DNA of 64,000 bases from Octopus sinensis (GCF_006345805.1 NC_042999.1:134788001-134852000), one strand, 5' to 3'; shown: positions 12,002 to 25,202, numbered from the stretch's first letter. Translations and numbers: made by a program. Notes: a model not told the origin generated them from the letters alone.

Positions 12002-12729
12002 ATAATACCTGTACATCATCTCCAAACCTTCTAATTTTATAACACAAGAAATATGCTCTAAAATTATTGGCCGCGGCCTACGGGCTAAAACATTTTTAAG
12101 GATTTAAGGATATAAGAAAAAAAAAATTTAACATATTTAATTTAACTTATTAATACCAAAAATTACTATTTAATGATTAACTATAAATTTATGTTAAGTT
12201 TGTATAGAAATATATAAATATTGAATAATTTCTCTATTCTCCATTTCTCTATTGTGTAAAATAATGAAATTATTCTAAACTTACTTTTGTGTGCGTGTGT
12301 GTGTCTGTGTGAAAATTCTCTAAAACGTTCCTATGTATATAAAAATAACACTGGGTTTATGGTTGTAAAATAGTTAAGTATTATAAGTTCTACTCTTCCG
12401 GCAAATTTTACTTAAAAGAAATCTTGATTTATGACTCTGCCACTTAAATTGACCTTTTACACTATTCATAAAAGTTAGATTCTAGTTTTCTATTAGACTT
12501 GATAAACAAGTCTATAACTTAGAACTAAACCCCCACCCCACTCTTAGTAAATCACAATAACAAAATAAAATCAATGATAAGTAGTGTCTTCCTGTGAAAA
12601 AATATCAGTTAGAACTATGTTGTTGTTGATGAAACATGTTCTTTGTCTATCTACTTATCTTTGTGATTGTGGATAATAAGAAAACTATACAAATGAATAC
12701 CTCTGGATATCCTTGTTGCTTATTTTGAT

Positions 12730-12762
<33 letters not shown>

Positions 12763-13442
12763 ATAGAAATGGTAAGACAACAAAAGAATGAAAGAGACCT
12801 CGATATTATGTAAATAGAGGAATTTATCTGTAAATATAATATGTGACAATTATTCGGTAGCCATGATAAAACTCCGTTTCGGATGTCGGGGCGGAAAGTC
12901 ACGCCGCCATTTCTTCAGTTATCCGGCCATCGAAAATATGCTATGAAAATTACCGTTAAACAAAGGGAAATTACTGTGTGATTGACCGTTATTAAGACAA
13001 AAGAGCTAATAGAATGACCGCTAAGTGAGGGGAGGGAGTAAAGGTAAGGGGTAAAAATGTTCATTGTATTCGCGTAAGCGCGTATGTCCATACCTACACA
13101 TGCGCGCCCGCACACACACGCACAAAAAGGGTTCATGCACACGTCTATATAAGCACATGCACACAAAAAAAGCTAAAGGCAAAATACTGAAAAATGTGTA
13201 AAAAATGTGTAAAATTAAGCAATACACATACACACACACACATATATACATATATATAACAAGAAAACATGATGGTCCTTGGAAGACACTGTGTCCTAAG
13301 CCACTTTGACTATTGCTGTCAGCTATGGTCACCATCCATATATATATACATATATATATATATAGATATATATATATATATATATTATATATATTATATA
13401 TATATGGATATATATATATATATTATATATATATATTTATAC

Positions 13443-13475
<33 letters not shown>

Positions 13476-13511
13476 ATATATAGATAATATATACATATAT
13501 ATATATATATA

Positions 13512-13571
<60 letters not shown>

Positions 13572-13572
13572 G

Positions 13573-13617
<45 letters not shown>

Positions 13618-13861
13618 ATATATATACATATATACATATTATATATATATATATATATATACATATATATATACATATATATATACATATATAGGTTATA
13701 AAATGAGATAGGGGTTGAAAATTCAACCCACCATGGGATAATATATATCCAATATACTGCCAGATAGGTACCAACAGATTAAAACATAGATGTTAAAAAT
13801 TGTCAAACAATCAGTTCATCTATTGTATTATATGGGTAAAGGTAATAATATTACCGTAAAT

Positions 13862-14221
13862 TAATACTACAAAATTAGAGAATGGAGAAACATACTTAAA
13901 TCAATAAAACATCAACTATCCGATGATACCCAATCAATACTTTAATACACCATTACATATGAGTAAAGGCATTATATAAAATGAGATATACAGTAATAGT
14001 AAAAAGATAAAGAGATATAAGTAAAAAATTTTCAAATATAATATGCAATTGAAAATTTTTTACTTATATCTCTTTATCTTTTTACTATTACTGTATATCT
14101 CATTTTATATATGCCTTTACTCATATGTAATGGTGTATTAAAGTATTGATTGGGTATCATCGGATAGTTGATGTTTTATTGATTTAAGTATGTTTCTCCA
14201 TTCTCTAATTTTGTAGTATTA
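13862..14221. repeat. Near-perfect palindrome, ~174-bp arms and 13-nt loop
   Basis: 13862-14035 is the reverse complement of 14049-14221; loop atataatatgcaa. Confidence 0.9.
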
Positions 14222-14242
14222 TATACATATATATATATATAC

Positions 14243-14288
<46 letters not shown>

Positions 14289-14329
14289 TATATATACATA
14301 TATATACATATATACATATATATATATAT

Positions 14330-17300
14330 GGGGACCTTGCCACAGAGACACGAGGCAGATGGACAAACCATCAACACAAGGAAAAGGGATGGACCACGCA
14401 CCACCTGCCCCAAAGCGGAGGTTCGCAGATGTTGTGCGTGCCACAAACCGCCAGCGTGATGTTGTCGAAAGGGCAGCTGCTGAGCAGCAATCTTTTTTGT
14501 GCATGGCACAAAAGATTGTACAGCAGCTGACCTGGCTTCATCAAACCCAAGCCCGCAGGTGGGACTACTCACTATATACAAGACCACCACAGCAAACAGA
14601 CCCAGGATGGACACCGCCGGCAACAACATACACCTCACCTCGATGCTCCTACTGAACATCAGAGGGCTGCAAACACTCAGTAACAGGACAAAAATCCCGT
14701 TCTTGAGAGACTTTGTTGCATGCAATCAAGCCTTATGCATAGCACTTACGAAAACGCACCTGAAACCGGACACATACCGGAGTTACACATACCACAGTAT
14801 GTTGTACTACGGACCGACAGAAAAGAAAGGAGTCATGGAGGAGTTGCTATGTACATCCGTGAGGACCTCACACCCCAGGTCCTCTTGTCATACTCAAACT
14901 CGGTGTGTGACACACTAATTGTACATATAAGGCAACTTGATGTAGTTGTGTGTGCTACATATCGCCCTCCAGATGCCCCAAGCCATGTGGGCAAGTTTGA
15001 AGACTGCCTTATAAAAATAGAAGAAGTTCTAATCACATTAGAACAACACATAAGTGTACTTCTTATGGGAGATTTCAATCTACCCAATGTCAGATGGCCC
15101 GAGGGCCTTTCTCTCCCAGGAATGACAAGATGTGAACGAGGACAGGCGAGGTCCCTCCTGAACTCATCAACACCCTGTACATGGAGCAGGTAATACTCCA
15201 ACAACCAGGGCAGGTAACACACTGGATCTCTGCTTCACAAATGACATGGATCTCATCCATAATGTGAAAGTGACACCGACACTACTCTCGGATCACAACA
15301 TGATAGAGCTGACCATGTACGGGCCAAAAGAGAGCACGAACATGCAGCCTACAAGAAACCCTCAGAATCTTTCCAGCTTGAACTACCATAAGGCAAACTG
15401 GAAACAAATTGAGAAAGAGATCCTCAAACAAAACTGGCCTAAATGTCTCTCCTCGCCAGACATCGACGTGAAACTTCAACAATTCATGTCTGTAATGCAA
15501 GCCATATGCTACAAATGCGTCCCAGAGAGAAAGGCCACTGTACACAAGAACAAAATCCCCAGAGAGAGGAAAATTTTAATGAGACGACGCGTACAAAAAT
15601 TTCAAATCGCCTAAACAAACAGATTGAAAGCAGTGAAAAGTCCCGCCTAAAAATAAAACTGTTGGAAATTGAAAAATGTCTGCAACTCTCCCATGAAAAA
15701 GAAAGAGCAGACAAAGAAGCCTGGGCTATAGACAACATAAAATCTAACCCCAGAGCTTTCTACAGGTATGCCAAAGAAACAGCTACGGTGCACTGTAGAA
15801 TAGGGCCACTCCTTGAAAAGGATGGCACACTTACAGGAAAACCAATGAGGGTAAGTGAAATACTGAATGAGCAATTCAAGAGTTTTTCACTCCACCCCTT
15901 GGGCATCTCCAAATCACCAATCCAACTGACTTCTTTACCACTGCAGATATAAAATCAGAGGCGGCGACGATAGATTACATCGATATAAAGGAAGACGATG
16001 TAATCAAGGCTATAGATGAAATGAAAACAGACTCAGCTACTGGCCCCGATGGATTCCCGGCAATCCTCCTAAAAGCATATAAGAGAGTCCTAGCAAGACC
16101 ACTGCAGTTCCTCTTTCAGAGCTTCCTTGCAGCTGGCAAACTTCCAAGAAAACTGAAGGAAGGTAAAATATGCCCCATTCATAAAGGAGGTAGCAGAGCG
16201 GAGGCCAAGAACTACAGACCTATCTCTCTGACCTCACACATCAGCAAGGTCATGGAACGAATAGTCAGAAGGAAACTGATCACCTTCCTTGAAGAGAATG
16301 ACTTGCTGCCCGACACCCAACATGGTTTCCGACCAGGGAGAAGCTGTTTAACTCAGCTCCTACAACACTATGACTGGGTGCTGAAACGGCTACTCAACCA
16401 CTCAAATGTGGAAGTGATATATCTCGACTTTGCAAAGGCCTTTGATAAAGTCGATCATGGAATGATATGTCACAAACTGCGTGATCTCAACATAGTTGGA
16501 AAACTGGGAGAATGGCTTCATCACTTTCTGAAAGATAGAAGTCAGGTGGTAGCAGCCAATGGGGCCACTTCCATTAACACGCAAATAGTGAGCGGTGTTC
16601 CGCAGGGCACTGTTCTGGGACCACTACTGTTCATAATGGCCCTCTCAGACATGCCCTCAGCCACGCAGAGAGCCACGATCACAAGTTATGCAGATGATAC
16701 AAAAGTTTCACAGGCAATACAGAACCCTGAGGACACTAAACGCCTGCAATGTGAGCTGGACAAAATATACAAGTGGGCTGAAAAGAATAGCATGCAGTTC
16801 AATGCTGAAAAGTTTCAAGCTTTATACTATCAGCATGCAAAACTAAATGCAATACCCAATGAATACACTGGACCCGGAGGAATAGCAATGCCAGAGGCAC
16901 AATCAGTGCGTGACCTAGGTATTTACATGAGTGATGACGCAACCTTTCGTGTACATGTTGCTAAATTGGCAATGGAATGTAGACGACTGGCCGGATGGAT
17001 CCTCAGAACCTTTAGAACAAGAGAACAAGAAACCATGATGGTCCTCTGGAGGACACTTGTCCTAAGCCACTTTGACTACTGCTCTCAGATTTGGTCACCA
17101 TCCAGTGTCAAGTTGATCACAGAGCTCGAGGCGATCCAACGTAGCTACACGAAGAAGATAGCCTCTATGCAGAATGTGAGCTACTGGGAAAGACTCAAGA
17201 GATTAAAACTATATTCCTTGGAGCGTAGGCGGGAAAGATATGCCATAATATACATCTGGAAGATCCTGGAGGGACGTGTCCTAAACTTTGGCATCGAGAG

Positions 17301-17690
17301 TTACGCAAATGCCAGAACTGGGCGCCACTGCGTGGTGCCTTGGACTCCAAACTTGCCATCAAGATGTAGGACAAGATTCTGTGATAGCCTGGGCTTCCGA
17401 GGCCCACAGCTCTTCAATATCCTCCCGAAGAACCTAAGAGACCTGCATGGGGTAGATGCAGATGTCTTTAAAATGAAACTGGATCTCTTCCTGTCAGGTG
17501 TCCCAGATGAACCAACTTCCCGGCAGGAGGTGCAGATGAGGGCAGCTGCATCGAACTCTCTCATGCACCAAATGGCAGTTGCTAAAAAGCTTTCGTGAAG
17601 TAAAACCAAGTAGCAACATCAAATGGCGGTGCCCCAGCATGGCCACAGCTCATAAGCTGAAACTAGAATCAATCAATCAATCACTCAATC

Positions 17691-17691
<1 letters not shown>
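14330..17691 (+). mobile_element. CR1-like LINE family A, copy 1 (5'-truncated inside ORF1)
   Basis: APE motifs (LLNIRGL, ATYRPP, LMGDFNLP, SDH). Intact 525-aa RT/C-terminal ORF 16021-17598 (QHGFRPGRSC, YLDFAKAFDKV, GVPQGTVLGP, YADD). (AATC)n tail. Confidence 0.93.
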
Positions 17692-17730
<39 letters not shown>

Positions 17731-18065
17731 GTATATATGTGTGTGTGTGCGTGTGTGTGTGTGTATGTGTATTGCTTAATTTTACACATTTTTTACACAT
17801 TTTTCAGTATTTTGCCTTTAGCTTTTTTTTGTGTGCATGTGCTTATATAGACGTGTGCATGAACCCTTTTTGTGCGTGTGTGTGCGGGCGCGCATGTGTA
17901 GGTATGGACATACGCGCTTACGCGAATACAATGAACATTTTTACCCCTTACCTTTACTCCCTCCCCTCACTTAGCGGTCATTCTATTAGCTCTTTTGTCT
18001 TAATAACGGTCAATCACACAGTAATTTCCCTTTGTTTAACGGTAATTTTCATAGCATATTTTCGA

Positions 18066-18137
18066 TGGCCGGATAACTGAAGAAATGGCGGCGTGACTTT
18101 CCGCCCCGACATCCGAAACGGAGTTTTATCATGGCTA
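18066..18137 (+). ncRNA. Type I hammerhead-ribozyme-like motif in a Penelope-pLTR-like segment (mirror copy 12858-12929, minus strand)
   Basis: Stem I gataa/ttatc plus tggcc/ggcta; core CTGAAGA (18077-83); GGCGG/CCGCC stem II; GAAAC-gga-GTT. Confidence 0.5.
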
Positions 18138-18493
18138 CCGAATAATTGTCACATATTATATTTACAGATAAATTCCTCTATTTACATAATATCGAGGTCT
18201 CTTTCATTCTTTTGTTGTCTTACCATTTCTATCAATATATATATATACATATATATATATAATCAAAATAAGCAACAAGGATATCCAGAGGTAATGCAGT
18301 ACGATCGTTTCATGCGACTCCATTTAATTGAGCAATGCGAATATTACATCAATTTTTTAATGTAGAGCAATCTTCAGTTGGATAAAGATATAGAATTTAG
18401 TTAAATTCGAAGGATTCATTTGTATAGTTTTCTTATTATCCACAATCACAAAGATAAGTAGATAGACAAAGAACATGTTTCATCAACAACATC

Positions 18494-18908
18494 ATAGGCG
18501 CAGGAGTGGCTGTGTGGTAAGTAGCTTGCTAACCAACCACATGGTTCCGGGTTCAGTCCCACTGCGTGGCATGTTGGGCAAGTGTCTTCTGCTATAGCCC
18601 CGGGCCGACCAATGCCTTGTGAGTGGATTTGGTAGACGGAAACTGAAAGAAGCCTGTCGTATATATGTATGTATATATATATATGTATGTGTGTGTGTTT
18701 GTGTGTCTGTTTGTCCCCCTAGCATTGCTTGACAACCGATGCTGGTGTGTTTACGTCCCCGTCACTTAGCGGTTCGGCAAAAAGAGACCGATAGAATAAG
18801 TACTGAGCTTACAAAAAGAATAAGTCCCGGGGTCGAGTTGCTCGACTAAAGGCGGTGCTCCAGCATGGCCGCAGTCAAATGACTGAAACAAGTAAAAGAG
18901 TAAAGAGT
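18494..18908 (+). mobile_element. SINE family A, full length; present in only one arm of the inverted duplication
   Basis: tRNA head ggcgcaggagtggctgtgtgg...gggttcagtccc; the empty site is visible in the left arm near 12615-12625. Confidence 0.92.
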
Positions 18909-19526
18909 ATAGTTCTAACTGATATTTTTCACAAGAAGACACTACTTATCATTGATTTTATTTTGTTATTCTGATTTACTAAGAGGAGGGTGGGGGTTTA
19001 GTTCTAAGTTATAGACTTGTTTATCAAGTCTAATAGAAAACTAGAATCTAACTTTTATGAATAGTGTAAAAGGTCAATTTAAGTGGCAGAGTCATAAATC
19101 AAGATTTCTTTTAAGTAAAATTTGCCGGAAGAGTAGAACTTATAATACTTAACTATTTTACAACCATAAACCCAGTGTTATTTTTATATACATAGGAACG
19201 TTTTAGAGAATTTTCACACAGACACACACACGCACACAAAAGTAAGTTTAGAATAATTTCATTATTTTACACAATAGAGAAATGGAGAATAGAGAAATTA
19301 TTCAATATTTATATATTTCTATACAAACTTAACATAAATTTATAGTTAATCATTAAATAGTAATTTTTGGTATTAATAAGTTAAATTAAATATGTTAAAT
19401 TTTTTTTTTTTCTTATATCCTTAAATCCTTAAAAATGTTTTAGCCCGTAGGCCGCGGCCAATAATTTTAGAGCATATTTCTTGTGTTATAAAATTAGAAG
19501 GTTTGGAGATGATGTACAGGTATTAT

Positions 19527-19741
19527 ATATTAGAAGAAATAAGGTACTCAGAAATCTGGATGGTTTTATATTTACAGATATCTATTAATATGTCACATGT
19601 TTTCATAAATCATATATTAGCGCTTACGTCCACTTTAGTGGAGTCTTCAGATATATGATTATAAAAAACATGTGACATATTAATAAATATCTGTAAATAT
19701 AAAACCATCCAGATTTCTGAGTACCTTATTTCTTCTAATAT
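19527..19741 (-). other. Mirror copy of the fold-back/hammerhead element
   Basis: Reverse complement of 11787-12001. Confidence 0.7.
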
Positions 19742-19766
19742 GTGTATATATATATATATATATATA

Positions 19767-20689
19767 CAGGGTGTCCATAAAGTCTCTTTACAATTTAACA
19801 AAATTATTACAAAGACAGTTGATGAGATATTTTAACCAGATTTGTTTTATTTTAATAATTGCTTATTAAAGTTTTTATTGGTATTACATTTTTGTGTTTC
19901 AGATACTCTGTTGATGGAAGGGAACTGATTCACTGAACCCCTATAAAATGAGGATGAAACATTCCTCAAGCGAGTTTGCTTTAGTGACGAGGCGACTTTT
20001 CATGTTTCAGGGAAATTAAACAGACACAATGTGAGAATCTGGGGATCAGAACACCCCCATGTGACTAGGGAGCTTCAACGGGATAGTCCAAAAGTGAATG
20101 TGTGGTGTGGAATCATATGCAATCGAATAATTGGTCCATTTTTCTTCAACAAGGCAACAATTACTGCAGATGTTTACCTCGACCTTCTGACCGAATATTT
20201 GGCACCACAACTGATTGATTTACAACCAACCATCATTTTCCAGCAAGATGGTGCACAACCACATTGGGGACGGCATGTTCATCAGTTCCTTAATCAAACA
20301 TTTCCAGACCGATGAATTGTAAGGGATGGGCCAATTCCATGGCCACCACGTTCGCCAGATATCACTACCTTGGACTTCTTTTTATGGGGTTATGTAAAAG
20401 ATATCGTGTATCAAACAAAGATACGGGACATTGCTGACTTGAAGCAAAGGATTCGTAATGTCATTACCACCGTTGATGAGGCTATCCTACAGTGAACATA
20501 GCAAGAAATCGAGTATCGTCTGGATGTGCTTCGCGCAACTAATGGTGCCCATATTGAGGTCTATTAAATAACAGTTCAAAAAAACTTTAATAAACAATTT
20601 TTACAATAAAATAAATCTGGTTAAGATATCTTGTCAAATGCCTTTGTAATAAAATTTTAGAATTGTAAAGAGACTTTATGGATCCCCTG
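19767..20689 (+). mobile_element. DD41D Tc1/mariner element, second copy
   Basis: Same TIRs as 10843-11745; 41 residues between the D of QQDG and the D of TLDFF. Confidence 0.88.
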
Positions 20690-20695
20690 TATATG

Positions 20696-20785
<90 letters not shown>

Positions 20786-20864
20786 GTGTATATATATATA
20801 TAATATATATGTATATATATATATATGTATATATATATGATATATATATATATGTATATATATG

Positions 20865-20929
<65 letters not shown>

Positions 20930-21070
20930 GTATATATATATATATATATATATGTGTATATTATATATATATATATAATATAATATATATGTATATATAT
21001 ATTATATATATATATATTATATATAATGTATATATAATATATGTATATATATGTATATATATATATATAT

Positions 21071-24000
21071 AACAAAAACTTAAAGAAACATAGGAAGCAG
21101 AATGCGCCCCCCACGGCTCAAACAAGAAATCCCCAAATATGCCGCTATTCACTGCGCCAGAGACTCTGCACAAATAGTGACTGCATCTTCACGCATCTAC
21201 CCGGCACTAGACGCACTACCGGCCAAGGCCAAAGCACGCATCCCACAATAACATCAACACCACCAAATAGTAAATCGAAATTCAAAACACACACAACTCG
21301 GAGTCCCAAAATCTGCCGGTATTCCCAACGTGAGAGAACATGTCTACTGAGTGACTGTCCCTTCACTCATCTTCCAGGGACCCGACGCACAAACAGAAAC
21401 GGGGCCTCAAGCCAACACACAAACCTGAATAACAATAAAAATAGAAAAACACACCATGCTGCAGTAATGCTGGTCCAGTCTTTTCAGGAAGACACAAAAA
21501 CACACAACACAAAAGTGGAAACTACAACCCTATCCAACAGTGCAACCACACCTCCAGCCAAAAACTGCTCCCTAAGCAGGAAAATTCTTTTTTAGCCATG
21601 TTGAACATGGCAAAAGAGATACACAAAAACATTCTAGCCATCACTCAACACCATCCTATGCTATTACCCCAGTGCACCAATCCCCCACATTGCTGCCACT
21701 AACACACACAAAAAATCCAAGCCCCCTGCAACAGTCAAAACCAGCCACTACACTAACCTCCACATTCCTACTCAATGCACAAGGTGTCAGCCCTTCCATC
21801 AATGCACAAAAATGGAAGGTCCATTCATTGAAGACTGGGTTGGTAACCATTCACACCACATCCCTTTCTTCATTCTCACTGAGACCCACCTTGACAACTC
21901 CCACTTGGAAGCCGAAGTGAGAGTGAAGAATTTCACAACCATCCGCGCGGATCGTATCGGCAGGAGGAAGGGTGGAACTGCCATTTTCCTGCATGATTCA
22001 TTTACGGCAGATGGAAATAGTATATTCTCCAACGGCTACTGTGAATCAGTCACCGTGCACAACAAAGCCAATGACCTGACAGTAATTGGGCTCTATAGGC
22101 CGCCCCAAACACCATACTGTGCTTTAAAGAATGCCTCAACAGCATTAAGTGCTTTATTCAACAGTGCCATTCTAGCAACATACTCATGATGGGAGACTTC
22201 AATCTACCCTGTGTTGACTGGACTACAAACTGTTTGAAACCAAGCACTCCCGCCTCAACCGCTGACAAAGAAGCAGCAGAGTCACTTTTCGACTTTACGA
22301 ATGAGTTTTTCTTGTCCCAACTTGTCCTTGCACCAACAAGACATCAGAACATTTTGGACCTAGTGTTAGTAACCACACTAACACTATACATAACGTTACA
22401 GTGGAAAAAACCCTTCTTTCAGACCATGACATGGTTCTCTGTAACATGAAATTCCACCAGCCGAAAGCTAATCCTAGTGACCTTCCTCCAGCCCACCCAT
22501 TTGACAACATGGATCTCCATAAAGCCAACTGGGATGCAATCAGGAACGAGCTATCAAATGTTGACTGGTCCTTTACACATACACACATCTCCACCAACCA
22601 TAAAACATCTTGGCAGATCTTTGTAGACACCGTCACAGACATATGTGCAAAACACTCCCCACCAAGACCTGTGAACAAAAAGTGCAGAATCCCCCAAAAC
22701 AGAAAAACCATTATCAGAAAAATAAAAAGAACAAACAAAAAAATTAACAAACTAAAGTACTGCCAACAGCAACACACACATTCGACGGCTATCGCACTGC
22801 TTGAATCCAAAAATATAACCTCCAACAATGCATGAAGACCCTCATCAATAACCAAAGATCAGCTGAGGAGAAGTGGGCCATTGAAAAAATCAAACTCAAC
22901 CCCAAAGTGTTCTTTTCATTTGCGAGGAAACGCAGGGTCACTGTCTCCACTGTAGGCCCTCTAATTGACGAAACTGGCACTCTCCAAGATAATGCCAAAT
23001 CCATGGCCGAGATACTGCAGAAACAATACTGCTCTGTTTTCAGCAATCCTGATATGGCCGATCTGGGCTGTATCAGTGATGTCAACCCCCAACACACTAT
23101 ATCGGACATAACGTTTAGTGCCCCTGATGTCTTAGCGGCGATAAACGAAATAAAACACAATTCAGCAGTAGGCCCCGATAGGTTCCCTGCTTGTGTCCTG
23201 AAGGTGTGTCGACACCAACTTGCATCTCCCCTTGCTAATCTGTGGAGAGAAACTCACTGGATGCTGGCTATATTCCAAAAAACCTTCTGTCCCAGTCTGT
23301 TGTCCCAGTTTTCAAAAAGGGAAACAAGTCCCTTGCAGTGAATTACCGTCCGATCTCACTCACCTCTCATATCATCAAGGTATTTGAGAGGGTGGTGAGA
23401 TCTCGAATAACCCAATTTCTGGAAAGCAACAGACGGCTGATCTCCAACCAACATGGGTTCCGTAATGGAAGGGACTGCCTAACGCAGCTCCTGCATCACT
23501 TTGAGGACATTTTGAGAGCTTTGGGAGAGGGTCGATCACAAGATCCTATTGAAAAAACTATCCAACATTGGTGTCTCTGGAAAGTTACTGAAATGGATTA
23601 AGTGTTTCCTGACAGACAGATCTCAACATGTTGTAGTTGAAGGGGTAAAATCAAGCCCAGCCAAAGTCAGTAGTGGCGTTCCGCAAGGCACTGTGCTGGG
23701 CCCACTTCTTTTCATCATTTACATTAATGACATTAATGACATCATCAAGCACAGCAACATAAAAATCTTTGCAGATGACTCCAAGCTACAGAAGGTCATA
23801 AATGAGGCGAGTGACCGGACATGCCTTCAGTCAGATCTACTGGCTGTTATCCAATGGGCAGAAAAAAACAATATGCTGCTGAACGAGGATAAATTTGAGC
23901 TAATCCACTTTGGAAAAGAGGATGCCCATACTCCCTTCCTTCAGGTGAAACTCTCGCGGCGTCCAACAACATCAGAGACTTGGGAGTAATTGTGGACAAC

Positions 24001-24729
24001 AACGTAAGCTGGGCCACTCATATAAACACCAAAGTTGACATGGCCCGCAGAATGTGTTCCTGGATTCTCAGAACTTTCCAGTCGAGAGATATCCACACCA
24101 TTATCCTTCTCTTCTCCACTTTTGCCCGACCCCACCTTGAATACTGTTGTCCACTGTGGTCTCCCCACACAATACAAGGTATCATAAAAGTTGAAGCACC
24201 TCAAAGGGCAATCACAAAAAAGATAGATGGCATGACAGGCCTCGACTATTGGGGTCGACTAGAAAAGCCTAAAACTCTATTCTCTCAAACGTCGTCGTGA
24301 GCGCTACATCATCTGCATGATGTGGAAAATATTCCATCAGCATTGCCCAAATGATGTTGGCATCACCTTTAAGGTACATCCAAGGCTTGGGCCCCGTGCC
24401 ATCCGCCCAAAACAAAAATCGCACTCTCATCTCATAACAACAATACGGCACAATTATTTCACCTCAATTGGCCCCGCTCTCTTTAACATTACACCAAAAC
24501 CACATTAAAACAGAAACTGACCCTATAGGGTTCAAGAAGTCTTTGGACAGATTCCTTCAAGAAATCCCGGATAAACCCCCTACACCCGGATATGTCTCTG
24601 TAAACAATAACTCTCTACTTGAGTGGGCCATAGTGCCCAAATTCTGACTTGAAAGACTTCACCAGGTGGTGCTATTAAGTTAGACATGGCCTGGGCCAAT
24701 AATGGCCGAAACCTATCAAAGTATCAAAG

Positions 24730-24730
<1 letters not shown>
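21071..24730 (+). mobile_element. CR1-like LINE family B (distinct from family A), frameshifted
   Basis: ORF1 remnant with two CCCH motifs. APE motifs LLNAQG, LTETHL, GLYRPP, MGDFNLP, SDH. RT motifs NYRPISLTSH, QHGFR, GVPQGTVLGP, FADD; the LDFAKAFD segment is deleted near 23530. (TATCAAAG)2 tail. Confidence 0.88.
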
Positions 24731-24782
<52 letters not shown>

Positions 24783-24932
24783 GTATATATAATATATGTA
24801 TATATATATATATATTATTATATATATATAGTATATAATATATATATATATATATATATAGATATGTTGTATATATTATATATATGGTATATATATATAT
24901 ATTATATATATGTATATATATATATATGTTAT

Positions 24933-24975
<43 letters not shown>

Positions 24976-25078
24976 GTAATTATATATATATATGTGTATA
25001 TATATTATATATATATATATGTATATATTATATATATATTATATATATATATGTATATATATATATATGTATAATATG

Positions 25079-25127
<49 letters not shown>

Positions 25128-25170
25128 AATTATAATATATATATATATATATATTATGTATATATATATG

Positions 25171-25202
<32 letters not shown>

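Larger units (their letters stand above)
10843..20689. repeat. Large inverted duplication: arm 10843-13257 versus ~17712-20689
   Basis: The Tc1 element, fold-back element and unique flanks are all mirrored. The right arm has an extra SINE (18494-18908) and a ~125-bp insert (~18291-18414); the left Tc1 copy has small deletions. Confidence 0.9.

Noticed and set aside
18494-18570. tRNA gene (also heads of the other SINEs)
   Set aside because: A/B boxes belong to SINE heads followed by SINE bodies; no complete cloverleaf.
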